From: Lingula anatina
Taxonomy: Eukaryota; Animalia; Brachiopoda
Direction of reading: 5' to 3'
NCBI GenBank assembly: GCA_051362555.1
Contig: CM120645.1
Span: forward strand, 15,810,001 to 15,874,000
Length of the DNA stretch: 64,000 nucleotides
The notes beneath the pieces are model-generated. The model saw nothing but the letters and a program-made list of their open reading frames with translations, was not told the DNA's origin and did not search any database. Made by a program: the position numbers and the translations under genes. Positions 13,516 to 46,265 of this stretch are shown here, one piece after another; positions within the stretch are counted from its first letter, which is position 1; each line of letters starts with the position of its first letter.

Positions 13516-16500
13516 TAGTCCCTCAATCTTAAAAATTTGCCATGATATTGCCACGATATTACCACAAACTAGCAGCCTAGTTTATCAACCAACACCATCC
13601 AATCTCATCTAATCTGGCCATGCTATAACGATGGCACAATCCAGTTACATAGACCACACCCTCTTCTCTCCCGCTAACTGCAAACCCAGAGATCCTATCA
13701 GTTCACTGTGGACACCCACATCTATAGCTATCTCCACTCCACATCTGATAGGCTATTTAGAGAGCTGCCGAAAATAAAGACAAGTAGCTTGATAATGGAC
13801 AACACTGACAAAACTAGTTACGAGTAACTTTGGTAGTTTGTCTTTTCCTCTGAGCATATTTCACCAAATTAATGAAAATTTAGAAAAAAATATTATTAAT
13901 TACAAGTTTCCATATTTTCAGTACACAAAAAATGAATAACTGTAAGCTAAATGGTTAATTTTTACTATATTTCAGTAACAAACTAACTATGAATTAGGCT
14001 TCAGTTTTTAATGACTTCAAAATGGATCTATAATCCATAAAAATAATAATGTACATTGCACTGTGGTTCAGTCATGCTAGAATAATAATTACTTTTAACT
14101 TACTGTAATCAACAGAGGCTGTAAGCTAGCTAGCAGCAGTGGACACACGCCCCTATCTCCAGCCATGATCAGATTGACCAACATGATACCACAGATGAAG
14201 AGCTGCAGGTTTAGATAACTGCGTGTCCAGTGTCAACTAGCCATTGTCACACCATACCTGGTGGACACTGCTAATGGCCAGTGCTAATGGACAGTACTGG
14301 GACCACAATTTGTAATATGAGATTGGATTTTGTATTAATTTTGTCAAGTGACTGTGTATGGGTTAGAGTTGGGGGAGGAGGCATATATTGCTTATGATGT
14401 TCTCAAGGGGAGAATTTTAAGAGAATGGATGATGGTCAGTGCTAAGATGACCATTTGTAACATTGTGTACATGTAGCATCTAATATAATTTTTTTTTCTA
14501 AAAAGGTTTGCATAGCTGTTAAATAATAGGAAAACTGGTTAAATGGACTTCAGTTTCCTTTTCATTTTCATCAGTATATATTTATGGACTTCTGCCACTG
14601 GCAAGGATTTATTTTGGTACACTTCAACCTGATAAGAATTTGTGATGAACAAAATCTGTACTGAACAATAGTGGTAAATATTTCCAAAAGAATTATTCTC
14701 TTGTCCTTGTGCTTGGAGCAAACAAGATAAGTCTGAATCAGATACCTAGCCACCATACACTGACAAATATAGTCCATAAAACAGGTTTCTGCGCAGCACT
14801 TCAACAGCTTTCTATGTCTCTTTATGTCCAATATGATATAATGCTATACAGCATCCTGGTACGGCTGGGTGTGATGGATTAATATACAATAACCACTTAT
14901 TCTTCAACATGTCATCTACAGATTATATACAGATTTGATCACTATTGTCAGGTCATTGTGAAGAAATATTGCAGCATATGAACAAATATTTCATGCCATT
15001 TTTGGTCATCTGTGTATCTAAGTTACCAGGTTTGAGCAAGACAATAAGCTATAGCATAAAGGGGATACACCCATCCCTGTGAATAAAGGTGACTGAATAA
15101 GGATGCAAAATTATTAAATTATTTAGTTTTGTAGGACCCCAACACCCTAACACCCCACCCTAACTTTGTCCCCAAATCCTCCTCCTATACAGTGATAATC
15201 ATCCATCAATGGTGCCAAAATATTGGGGCTCACGTAAGCACTAAAAAGTGCCTCTAACCTAATGCCTTTTTAACCTTTTTGTCATCAAACCCTCTGATGC
15301 ATATGACAGGATAAACAAGTGTTCTACATATATGTGATGAATTATTGGTAGACCACCACATGACAGTCTCTGAAGCTGAGTGTGTCACATAGGGGGCATT
15401 TTAACACAATGTTGTGCTGTGTATCACTGTAATCCATCTCTACTGTAATAAAAAAAATTGAAAATATGTGCTCAAACAGTTTCATCAAATAAAATGATAT
15501 TCTTTAATGGCCATTTTCTGCCCAATTGTTTAATCCATAATTAGTCTTTATTTCATCTGAAGTAAATGAAAGACATTCCAGCAATATCTGCCCAACTTTA
15601 TATTTCAATGAATCATTAGCCATTGGGCTGAGAACAAAAACTGAATCTAGTGTGAGCCAAGCTATAAATCACTTCTCACAGATCCTACTGTAAAAAAAAA
15701 AGGCCTGCTCAGATAGCTATGTCTATCTTCCTGCAGGAAACATACCACGATACGGTATTGAGCATTATAATGAAATGTCAGCACCATGAAACAGACTACT
15801 CAGACCATAGCACCAGACTAACCAGATATACGGTATTACCAAATAACATTCCTGACATGTCACTTTTACAAAATCTTTAACTATAAATAATTTTTTAGTA
15901 CTGAGCACATTGTCAGTCGATTTGTCATATATTAATATATCACTCCACTGAACAGAAACCTGCAGAGAAAAAAAGAAAATATTTCTCAGATCCCTGTCTC
16001 TCTCTTCCTGTTATGACCATACATAAAAGTCACTACACAGGGAGAAGTAATGATTGATAGCCATATATATGACTACAAGGCACATACCATATGTGCTTTA
16101 TTCATGAAAACTGATGGCCATTTCTCTGAGGAGATGCTGCAATTATTATGGCAATTATTTCCATTGTAGCAGGTTTCTATTGTTAGTGATAGAATTTAGG
16201 GTAATTTTTCATAACCTATAGATAAAGATGTGTCAACAATCACCTCTCTTGGTTGATAAATAGTGTTATTAATAAGATGACAAATTCTGATGACAAGTGT
16301 GATAACTGACATTGTTTAATCACTGCTGCATAATTTAAGATGTATTTGCTTTATTGCCTCACCCCCCTTCATCCCATCCCCTTCAATATCCATACTAAGC
16401 AATTAATGATTTAATGCCCACCACTATATAAATCTATGATACAACAAATGTAAGAATGCATGACGAACAAAATCAACTGCAACATATCTAAGTGTACTTT

Positions 16501-17117
16501 GTCTTAAGTAAGATAAATCCACTTCACATCTTTATGTCTCTTACTATTGATAATAAATAAGAACCATGGGTATGCCTAAGCCTCTCCTCCCCCTGGACTA
16601 ACTATCACACAAGTATCCCCCCCCCCCCCTCCCCAAACAGTTGTACTGTGGGAAATTCATGTGAATTTCAATAACTAATATTCATGTCGGTAATTCAATC
16701 ATCTTTCAGAAATCACCTAGCATTTACATATTCAATTATTTTAAGCTTGGTGACAACAACCATGACAAACTAGGCAGGGAGCTATACAGTTGTGCTACTT
16801 TGTCAGGTAAACTTCCTGGGCATTGCACCTTTAGAAGTTAATGGTCACTTAATTCGAACGAGAGGTATTTGAATAAAATGCACTATAAAATACGCTTTTA
16901 ACTCCACTGAAATCTCTACAAATGTTTTGTATGTATGTGTGTTAATTGTTTGAAATACCATGAAACTTAAAACTTTTCCGGACTTTTTGACACATGCATA
17001 CACTCAACGTTAATAACATGGTAATAACAGGTGGTTCAATGTCACATTCACGACTGCCCGAGTTTGCTGAAATTGCACGGAACACGGGACGAAAGAGAAG
17101 AACATAAAACAACTTAC

Positions 17118-17445
17118 CGATGTTGACAATCTTGATGCCTTCATCCTCCTCCAAGAAACGAAGAGAGAGGGTGACATTCTCTAGTTTCTGTGTACGGAAG
17201 TTAGGTCTCTTGTTGACGTGCTTAAACTTCTTTCCCGATAATACCTCCACCAGAGCGATTAAGCGCAGGCCATCGCTCAGATCGGTCTCCAAGTCGTTGA
17301 GGACCTTGTTGACGGTCTTCAGATGCTCGTTGCACCATCTTGAGAATGTATTTTTCTGAATTAATTTCCACTGAGCGTCGTCTGCGAGCTCACGTTCCGC
17401 CGGCATCTCTTCGTCTTCATCCAAAGCCTCGATTTCGGGATTCAT
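17118..17445 (-). CDS. FLNA: Filamin, first coding exon (N-terminal CH1 actin-binding domain); gene continues beyond the left edge
   Basis: Translation [27 protein letters not shown]...[19 protein letters not shown]...[12 protein letters not shown]...IKIVNI matches filamin CH1. GTAAGT donor at 17117 (phase 1, I|D). Candidate acceptor at 17469-17470 upstream of the ATG. The symbol is family-level (FLNA/B/C co-orthologue). Confidence 0.96.
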
Positions 17446-17978
17446 GTTGATTGCGTTAGTGCTGCCCTCTAACCACAGAAAATGAAACTACTGCTACTTG
17501 CAGATAGGTTAACCTAACTTGTTGAATGGTTGGTCTGGGAGTGCCCTAAAGAAAACAATAAAACCACTGAATAAAGTCAACCGCGACGTCCTTAAAGGGA
17601 GACCAAAAGGGAAGCATAGCTGGTAGAAATGAGCTTCCAAGATAATAAAGTCAAGAGATCACAACGCTTGGTATACTGGACAACCTTACCTTGCAGTAAC
17701 CTAAACCATAGGAAACCGGACAACACCGGCGAACCTGAAACTTAATTCAATCTTAAAGGCTCTCACTTACTTTAAAGAATGTAAACACCCACTCACAAAC
17801 AGCACAAACAGGTCGCTGTTTTTCTTCAAAAATTCTGATTCCAGCCCCTTTAAACTCAAGTAAATCCAAACTGACAACCACCAGTAAGAATAAAACTCAG
17901 AACTTCCTACTATATATACATAGCACCAATGCCTCTCAGAGATGACTGTTCCCCAGAAAGTTCTAAAAAGTTGCTCAC

Positions 17979-18400
17979 CGGCAAGATGGCTTCCTCCGAG
18001 TACTGGCTACGTGAGTGAACGAGAATAGGATAGGATGCCGGTCCAGGCTCTGGCAAAGTAGCACACGCAACGTACAAGGGAGGCTACAGTATACGTTCTA
18101 TCGTTGGTTGCCAGACAAGCTTACCGAACCACAAGCCAGTAAAAAGTTTACGTCACGACCTCAAGGAAAATAGTTTGCCGGTAGAGTCAGATAACAGCTC
18201 TTGTCAAAATAGGAAGGTCCAAATAGGAATAGGCTGGAGAACGTCGAGGCAAGGGATTGGGCCGAGGTGTTATTTGAGAAGGGAATCTGTGCCAGTCGGC
18301 GGGTTGATTGGTGGAGGAACCTTACACTGGAGATGTTCCTAATTTGGCTAAGGCACCGGCTGCGGCTTATTTATACTCAGGTCGACTAATGGGGCTACCC
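17979..18400 (-). promoter_or_regulatory. putative filamin promoter / 5'-UTR exon region
   Basis: CpG-rich. Contains a CArG box CCTAATTTGG (18338-18347), CCAAT boxes (ATTGG 18256 and 18307), CRE-like TGACGTAA (~18148-18155, minus), TATAAAT (~18369-18375, minus) and several consensus 5' splice sites. Confidence 0.5.
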
Positions 18401-21400
18401 CAGTACAGGTGCAAATCAGCTGGGATACGCGGCGCGGCTCTGTTCCTGAGATTTTTCTCTGATGAGCCGGCAGACAGCTCTCTGGGTTTTAACCTACTGA
18501 CATGCGGTGATTCAAGTTTCAGTGTGGTTCTTACCTGTAGGTGCGCTTTAACTTGTCTACCGCGAAATCATATATACAGATATATATTCGCTAGTCAGAT
18601 GCAACGCACGTGCGCGCGTGCAAATGTATGGTTACATACAGATCTGTATATATGTGCGTGTCGGGGTGCGCTTGGCTGTTCGCCCGATATTTAATTGCTG
18701 TTTGTGATGTTTCAACTGTTTCTAAGCAGTGACCCCATTAAATGCAACATGAATAATTCCTATATAGTTTGAATACATGTTATTGGGGTTCTCTCTCTAT
18801 CTTCAGGCTGTGCGTTATATAAAATATGCGGGATTTCAATTTTATTCACGCACACTAAAACTCTCATAAATTACACATATTTGTAAGTTGATAATTGTCT
18901 TTTGGTAAATTGTCATCAGTTTATTGTACTTTGGATGCGACAGTCAATACGCCAAATGTGCAATGCCGGTCACTATATACCCACCCTGATTATCAGAGGA
19001 AAGTCACATCTCTACTGTCAGCATACCTCTGCTGTTGTCATACTGGAATACTAGCTGATAGTAGACAGGTGATTTCCCTGTGTCCTCTGAAACTCAGGGT
19101 GTTATATCCCCCCCCCTCCACCCCCACCCAGCTCCTTCTATCTTTGCAGACAATCTGATGACGCTTTACCCAAAAACATGCAAATAACGATGTCAAATTA
19201 ACGATGCCATCTTCAGTCTTGCGAGTAGGTCACATACACGTAATCTTTCAAATCAGCCAATAATATTGGCAACATCTTACAAGTAAGTCGCACAGGGGTG
19301 CTTACACTTAAAAGACTATTTCAAAGCGCCGTTTGGCTGGGTGATTAATGACTTTGAATTAGTGTACGGAGCCCGTGCACCCTTTTAACCGACCACTGGT
19401 GGCAATCACTTTAAATGCATCGTCCTCAGCACGCCTACGTCCAACTTGCTATCTCTGGCAACTAGGCCAAGTGAAATTCTACCCCCATATTGTGTTGCAA
19501 AACGGCCTTAATACCTGCACCTGTAGATGAATGAAACCCTCCTTAAACGACACTATCGTATTAAAAGACGGTACTTACACCTGCTGTAGTGCGATATGGG
19601 TGACGTTGTGTCCCTCCTCGTGCAGGAAGCACCCTTCTGCGGGTAGGCCTAAGCTGATTATGCTTAACGTGGTATGCGTGTACAGAGGCCAGACTTCATG
19701 TACAAATGAAAACTCTTTCTTCTCGTCAGTTTGTTATTCCTGGCCACTTGAAACTGCCACCCATTTTAGTGAACCGAGTAATATTAACAACAAATACGCC
19801 TAAATAAATATGACTAGGAAGAAGCGGTAATAAAACCCTGCATACTTATTCATCCATAGTACTGACCTAAACTAATACTATACCAAACTACCACCACACT
19901 GCCTTTGGTGCCTTAAAGGTGGGCCTGCGTCTGTTGTATGCGACAACCGATTGACTAGTCGAGATACCGTCGATTGATAATCCCGTGCAATGACAGGGAC
20001 GCTCTTTCTGTCACTGACTACTACGCTATGCGACACTACCGACACGATAGAGATAGAGAGTGGAGAGACTCACCTAGCTACCAAATGCCGGGAAGCGGTG
20101 ACGCATTGAGCCGACTGAAAGGTGCTCTAGAAGGGGAGGGACTCGGTCTATTTTCATGATGTATATACTTTTTTGTACTTTAAATACATTACCAGTCTTG
20201 GAATCGAAATAAATTTATTGACATCAGCTGTTTTTTTGGAGCAATCATGTTCGGTAAGCCCACATTGAGTTAATACGTATGCTAGAGCGGTTTTTAACTT
20301 TGAACGCATAGAAAATATGTGCGGGTGATATGCAAGTCTGTGCAATAGGAAACATCTCCATGCCTCATATGTAAAGATTAAATAAGATGTTCCCTTAAAA
20401 CGTGCGCCAATGCAGATATGACGACCTTAACGAGATAAGGGGCGTCAGAAGAGCAGGTTAAAAATCCTAATTGGCACGAGAAATATGTGTCGCGAGCATT
20501 GAAACAGCGGTGGCGCGAGCAGGCGGTCTTACGTGTCACCCCTCAAGATGGTATGATGTGACGCCGAGATATAGCGTACAACAACAACAGTGCCATTGAT
20601 GATGCGATGACCTTCTCCATTGACTGTCAATGGCTTGACATGTGTTCTATTTATTGAAGCGGGGTCCCATGTCTATACATATATTAAATTACGCTAGTTT
20701 CACGACTGTCACTGAAAATGAATTATGATCTCTCTTCATGGGGTCGATTACATTTCTCAGGTTTCACTTATTTTATTTATTTAGCCTCTTTTTTACGCCC
20801 CGATGTCTGTGACCTTTTATACATACTTTTTTTCAAATGTGCTATCATACTGACGTAAATAAAAAATGCTTGACAGTCAATCTATAACGGTGCGCCTATT
20901 CATCGGTGTGGCATGCGCATTTATTTGAGTTCGGTACTTAATTGTAATTTATTTAAAGACTCGTTCTACTAGTAAAAGAGCATGTATGAGCTTGATCTCT
21001 AATCGCATGACAGCTCCCTTCTAATGACATTTTATTAACTACTTCAGTTGTCCGTGTGTCCGCATTTGGCCCCCGTTGGATGTAGTACATGTATTGGGAG
21101 TGTAGGGGGAGTGTAATTTTATGGCCAACTTTGCTTGATGGAGATCCGAGTGCCCTTTCTTGCGAAGAGAGCAGAGCAGTTCTTGTTGACCAATAGCACT
21201 GATGTATGGACTTCACAGACTGGCAGTCAAATATACAGACGAACGGACCGACAGAGAGACATTTTAAATGTACTACTGTACGCCATCTTCAAATCATACC
21301 TATGATATGAGTATTTGTTCTAATGAGTAGGGTATGTCGATGTATCCTTACGCCCGACGCGCGTGTGGCGTATTTAGCATGGGCGTACACCAATATTACA

Positions 21401-24153
21401 GCAAACATGCAATTAACTGATTCAACTATCTCTTCAAATGCTTTTTTCATATGTAGTACCCTCAATTTTATGACGGGGTGCTCCCCGCAGCGTTATTGCC
21501 TTTTACATGCAACCGCCATATAGTATACAGCAAAAACAAGCCGGGTAGTTGTTATTCGTGCCTGCTTAAAACACCCGCGAAAACACATTACCCGATTCAA
21601 CCCAGGTTAAAAATATCTCTACGGGTTATGACATATAGATGAAGACTATTTCACTCAATATAATGTAACATAGAATGCAATGAGCGTGGTCGAAAGGACT
21701 TTTTTGCCATCGTTGCTTACCGATTTTTTTATTTTTGTAAAACAGTGCTCAGAGAAGACATTATCAAGAAAGCTACGAGAGAGAGAGAGAGAGATCAACT
21801 TGTTTAATGTAGTACATCTAAGTACCCCAACACCCTGAATCACGCCCTGCAAATAATTCTAAACACTCCTTGTGACATTCATACACGTAGTGGTAAAAAC
21901 ATTTATTTTGGAATTACAGCATACCAAGAGACTAATATTGATATTCAGCTGTGTTTTTTCTACATTGTGCAGTCGAGAGTCAGCACGAGAAAAGGGAAAG
22001 GAAAACAAAAAACACGTTCATGTTATCCAAATTCAACTTTTTCTTCAAGAGGTTTTGTCGGTTGTGTTTTGTACACACTGCGTTGGGGCCCGTGCGTATC
22101 CAACAAAAATCTTTTACATGAAATATGTTGGCATCTACATTAACCTTGCACTAGGGAAGACAGTGTTTGGGATTGTGTTCCGTAAGCTTATTATTTTTAT
22201 TCTCATCGTTATTGATGTAATAATCTTTTTTCCCGTTTCTCTATTATTAGTTTGCGCGACGAGGACATAATCAAACTTCAAATAATATTCAACAGCATCT
22301 TAATATTATTTATGAATCATTTTGTCAACAGGAAATCACTGAAGAAAGAAGGCTTTACTTAACCAACACAACACCCCCTCTCCAATCAAAATTTATTTAC
22401 ATTGTAGCCATGTTCAGTATGTATCTACAACTTAAACTTGAGTGACAAACAGCTTTCGGTAATCTATCAAAACCCGCTTTGTGACTACTGGTTGCGATGA
22501 CTAGGAGTAAATCTTAGTTCTTGTGTGACACCCACGTACGTGTTCTACAGTCAACACGCAAAAAAATACTGCCAAGATGTGAGACTGTACGCGATAAATT
22601 ACCTCCAAAGTTTAAGATACCACATGTACTATATTCGCATGTCATTCCCAGATACTAGAAATGGAGGAGATATGAGGACAATCCGAGAATCCCTTGGAAA
22701 TTCACAACCCTGAGCTAAAAGTAGTTGTCCACAAGCAGCCGATCATGCTCTTGGTAAAAATGGCTTTTTCAGCAGAGCTACTTGTAATCAGTCTCTGAAC
22801 ACGCAATATGTTAAAAATAATTTATTCAAGATGAATAGCACCTTTCTGATAATTTACCAATTATCAACCAACCAGTCTAGTTACCTTTATTTTCCATTTT
22901 GTGAGTAAATAACTATTTATAGAGAAAGAAACCTAAGTATGACCTTCACTGTCTACGTAGTGTACATTAAACGATAGTATTGCGTTAGTTGAGACAATTA
23001 ACAATAAAATTGTGTTGGGTGTGACAATTAACAGTAATGTTGGGCCCAATAGTAAACTGGATTGCATTAGGTGTGTACAAGCTTCACTGGTTCCAAAAGG
23101 AACTTCATGATATATGCTGAATGTAAACCATCTCACTTAACATACATATAATACTGAGAAAAGAGAATGAAGATGCAAATGTCAGTTTATGAACATGGTA
23201 CAGTGCATTTCTATCTTCACATGATCGTCATGTTGGACAATGAGAATCATAAGACTCCCAAACTAGAAAACACATCACAGTCATGATATATATATAATTC
23301 AGGTAAGTACTCAGGCTAATGTTTATTTTCAAGTGCAATTTTGTTTTGCACAATGCATTATATACACACAAACCTTGATCACAGTATTGAATTTTTGGAA
23401 TGAAATCTACATTTGACATTTCGCTATGCAACCTTATTACATGGACAGTGGACTTGATGACCCCCCCCCCCAAAAAAAAAAAAAAAAATCATTTCTGGTC
23501 TTGAGTGGTATTATTATTTCATGGGGAAGTATGTATTGCCTTTTTTTGTAAAATCATAAGTAACCTTTGAAAAAGCACAAGTAGTTCTAATTATGTGTTT
23601 CAAATGTTGTTGTGCACTGTAAAACTTTCCTGGGCATTTGCCTGCATGTGACCAACATTTTTAAAGTCTGCCATACAAAGAGTGCTCTAAAATGTATTCT
23701 TCTCTGTTTAGTTATGTACAGTTGCTGAAAAATATTTGAACCAATGACCCCCTAATAACTTCCCCAAAACAGGTGCATTGGATTCACCCTATACCAATAG
23801 AAAATGCATTTTTAGAGATATTTTTTTCACCCACACACTGCGTGTAGCTACCCTAGGTTCTCGATTTCCGTATTGCCAGCTCGATCTTGATTTCATATAT
23901 AACCCATATCAGCAATACTGTTGAAGCTGTCCCGTGAAAAGGTTTGAATAGTTAACAATCTAGCTTCACAGTGGCCCTGACACTCGGGGCACGTGTAGCA
24001 CCATCCTGAGACAAACAGCCTGTTTACAGCCTTTGTGTTCTCCACATGGCTGAGAGGACTGAGTGACATTTGACACAGGTGACATCTGACAAGTGACACC
24101 TGACATGTCCAACGTTCCTCCACATTTCATGGTGATGACGACAGCACACTGAA

Positions 24154-42449
<18,296 letters not shown>

Positions 42450-43265
42450 CTCCGATCACGGGATTCTGAAAGCTGGTCACAGCGCCATCAATCGACAATC
42501 TTTCCAAGACAAGCCACACGGTTAAATTTCGAAGTACAACCTGCTGGAATGATCCGTCGCAACTGTCGCAACGACTTTTGTAAGAACAGCGCTTTGTTGC
42601 ACAATAGCCAGGTTGCTCTCATTGCTAGATCGGTGAATGTGTATGCTACCTGCTGTAACTAACTCTTGATTTAATAATCCTGTTAGAAGGATATATTATA
42701 ATTATCGCAAGCGTACATGTAGTTCCTAATAAAACTGATAGCAGATTGCAGAAATCGAGTTAGCTGGCAGTTGTCACACCTGTGTACATTCCACGTAACT
42801 CATGCTGATACTATTGCCAGTTTCTTATACTTTTTAAATAAAATTCAAATTGATCACTTGGTTTACAGATAAAAAAGCCGTTAAAACTTGCCTTGAGTGT
42901 CAGGACACCATAAAGCTAGCTTGCTCACGTAGGCCCTATACTTTTTCATGTGGTAGCTTTACAGTGTTGCTGTAATATGGGTAATATACATGTATGAAAT
43001 CAAGATCGAAATGTAGAACCTACAGTATTAAAACTGCACCTTCTTCAAAATTCGGGTCGAAAACTCTTAATCCACCCCTCCAGTGCAATATGTAAGAAAC
43101 AAATGTAACAAATGGAAATTAATGAAACGAAATCCTCTACTATTTCTTTAAGTGATTCTACATGTATTTGAAACTGTGGCGGCATTTGGTTGAGTTTATA
43201 GTAACAATGATTTGGCACGTCTACTGGACTATTTATATAAAATCTAAGTACTAAATATTGTTATA

Positions 43266-43275
43266 ATCATCATCA

Positions 43276-43330
<55 letters not shown>

Positions 43331-43331
43331 C
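43266..43331. repeat. (ATC)n-(ATT)n microsatellite
   Basis: Direct reading. Confidence 0.95.
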
Positions 43332-43844
43332 TTCGTACATGAATCACAATTCTTGTTGGAGACATAAACGAACGAGGGTGCTTCTCACAAATAGCAGTCT
43401 GTACCGGTAGGCCTACGCGTTCAGAGACTGACAACTTGAAAGTCACCCAAACAGAGTTCCCGCGGTTAATTCAGCTCAAACATGTGGAAGCAATCCCGCG
43501 AAAGCGAGTAAAACCCCCAGTAACGTAATTACGTAAATGTTAGGACCTTTTAAAGTAACCGGCACATGTGCAAGTAAACCGCCTGATGTGAAAGGACTTA
43601 CATAAAACTGCTGTCGGTGGGCGTTAGCCTACTGCACTTCACCGTAGCCTTTAATCTATGTCTCAATTTAGTTTAAGCAGAAATTCACTTGACTTCTCTC
43701 CCAGAGTATACATACGCAATGGGAACATCACTGCAATGGCAGTGGGCGAAGGGAATTTGAATTCTTAGTGTTGCTTGATGGTGCATTTCATTCTATTGCC
43801 TTCTGCATGAAGAGGAAATACAAAAATGCAAAATGGATAACAAC

Positions 43845-44025
43845 CAGGGGCGGATCCAGGATAATTTGAAGAGGGGCGTCCGCCCCAAACTTAGTATTTT
43901 AGAGGGCGAACGGTGCCATTTGGTACGGTTTAGATCTATGATTCAGCTAGTCAAAATTCTAATTACAAGATGGGAACTAGAAATCGAAGGGGGTCAGGAC
44001 CCTCCTGACCCCCCCCCCCCCTCTG
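43845..44025. mobile_element. partial CAGGGGCGGATCCAGG-type MITE, right TIR truncated
   Basis: Left terminus is similar to the 40648 element; ends ...ggaccctcctgaccccccccccccctctg without a complete TIR. Confidence 0.6.
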
Positions 44026-46265
44026 ACGTTCTGATGTTCAAAGTTGGTCCCTGTTTTTTTTCTAAAAGTTGTTTTATTACATAGGGTAGCCATCTATGGA
44101 GATCACGTGGTCCGATGGCAAGCACAGATTCCAAAATAGTTGCGATAACCGCTGTTTTGGTAGTAAAAGATAATTTTTTATATTTCTGTGAGTTTTTTTT
44201 TATTACAATATATTTATTGTGAAATATGGTTCTCATACGAAGAGTTGTTATCCATTTAAATCTCGACATTCCGACAAATCTGTTACATGAACACATGCAA
44301 TTGAGTCTTATCTTAAGTGCAGCGGAATACACCGTTCTACTCAGGAAAGAAAGGTGGGTGGGGTGTCCTTCGCTCACCTGGATCCACAGTATGGGTTTTA
44401 AAACTATGCCTGGGTCCAGTTTCATCAACACTGGATGGCGCTATCCTACGGATAAAATTGTTATCCTCTGGACAGTTAACCTGTGGATAAAGTAATGTTT
44501 CAAAAATGGCAGACAAATATTTTTTGTTTCTGATGTAGCTATCTAGTGGTAAAAATGACTGCTTTTCTTCAGGACAACTGTCCATAGGACAACCATTTTC
44601 TACAGTGTAAAGTGTTTTTCATATGATAGCCCTATCAACTGTTGAAACTGCAGATGGCCCCTGGTGAACAAGCCATAAGTTAGTTCAGCCATTATTCATC
44701 GTTTGTAAATTGAAAAAAAAAGTGATGGCAAAATAGATATGACCTGAGGGAAAGGAGGGAGAAACAAATCACCTACTCTTTGTCTGCCCCCATATAACAG
44801 CAACAAACTCAACTTGACTTTTCTTTGGCACACATTTATTTAAAAAATGCCCTTAATACCTTTCTAAAGGGCGTTGTCAAAAAGCTTTATACATCACTGG
44901 CAAGCATGGGAAGTTGTTCTAAAGGGTTGATGTCGGGTCTAGAATTCTGCTGCTGCCCCACAATGTTCAAAAGAGATGTTTTTCTTTTTAAATTTTACAC
45001 AGCATTATGGAACATCCGCCCTATACTGTATACGAAGCACTAGTATAGAGATTCACCAATTGCTCCCCACTAGCTTTCATTCTCGATCAAAACATATGGA
45101 ATACAGCGTTTCCAGCTGTAAATAAGGTGGGAAGACTTTAAGCAAACATGAAAGAGAATTCATCTCCGACGATTTTAAACAAATTTGTCCATGCTCATTT
45201 CTTTCTTATCTTTTCCAATAAAATCGCATCAAATAAACTGCCCCAGTGGGAGAGATGTTGACTCTGTCTCCACACAAGACGTCGTGCATAACGAAAATGA
45301 ACTTTGTAGATTTGAAATGAACTACAGACTGAAACACAAGACACTGAGTACCTATTCTCATATATAAATATGATTGTACAATCCCTTTTACACACTTCTT
45401 CAATACCAATATTGGAAATATGCAATCAAATTTCCTATCTTTGAACAGTTACCATTTTCAGTTAAAGGTAATGTTTTGATAATTAAGCCAAAACTGATGA
45501 AGGCTACTTTTAGCTGAAGTACACATTGGCAGCAATGTTTAGGAACCCTAGCAGGATTGCTGGCCGCTTTCTAATATGAGATGTTTTGAGTGCTACAAAT
45601 GTAGTCAAACATTAAAAAATTAAGGACTCCCATCAGTCACATCCTTTCTAGTTTGCTTATTTATTAATTTGTTTATTTCTTTTGTTTGTAACCTAGTGGG
45701 TGTAAAGTTAATTGGTTACGATTTATTCAATTAATAAGTCAGTTCATTTTGATAAAGGCCCACAAAAGTGTGATTTTCTAAAGAGTCAACTAGTGCGTAA
45801 ATTGTTTTCTTCTTCAAGATTGGGAAATGTCAAAGACAAATCAGGTTTTGGCTGATTGATTGATTTCGCAATCAAAAAGTAATTTTCCGTGGCGTGGGGG
45901 CAACAACTGCAAAGTGGGCGATATGAACTTTCCAAGTATGAGGTCATAGAAATAAATATTTTTTTTGTTTTAGGAGACGTAAACAAGTGCTTGGTGAGAT
46001 TATCATTGCCTTATAAGAGATACTGAGTATTTAATTGACAAAGAAGAATGTGATTTTTTTAAAGATCACACATAAGTTGACGGAAAGAAAAAAGGTTAGC
46101 GCGTTTGCCTTATATTATCTTTGTATGAAAAGAGAGGCGCTTAAAAATAAACTTATGAAAGACCAACTCGTCGTCGTCACTATAAAATTTCAACCTGAAG
46201 TGACTAAACAAGTGTATAACGCAGATTGGGCACATAAGCAGTTTGAGGACCAGGCTTTGAAGAAG

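Noticed and set aside
16942-17117. C-terminal part of the 167-aa ORF as filamin sequence
   Set aside because: Intron read-through after the GTAAGT donor at 17117; filamin similarity stops there.
1-17117. Further filamin exons (expected DS..[20 protein letters not shown])
   Set aside because: Not found by eye on the minus strand. The intron appears to extend past the window, although small exons could have been missed.
44410-44664. Possible MITE (ctgggtccagtttcatcaac ... gttgaaactg...gcccctgg)
   Set aside because: TIRs are too degenerate to define ends or a TSD.
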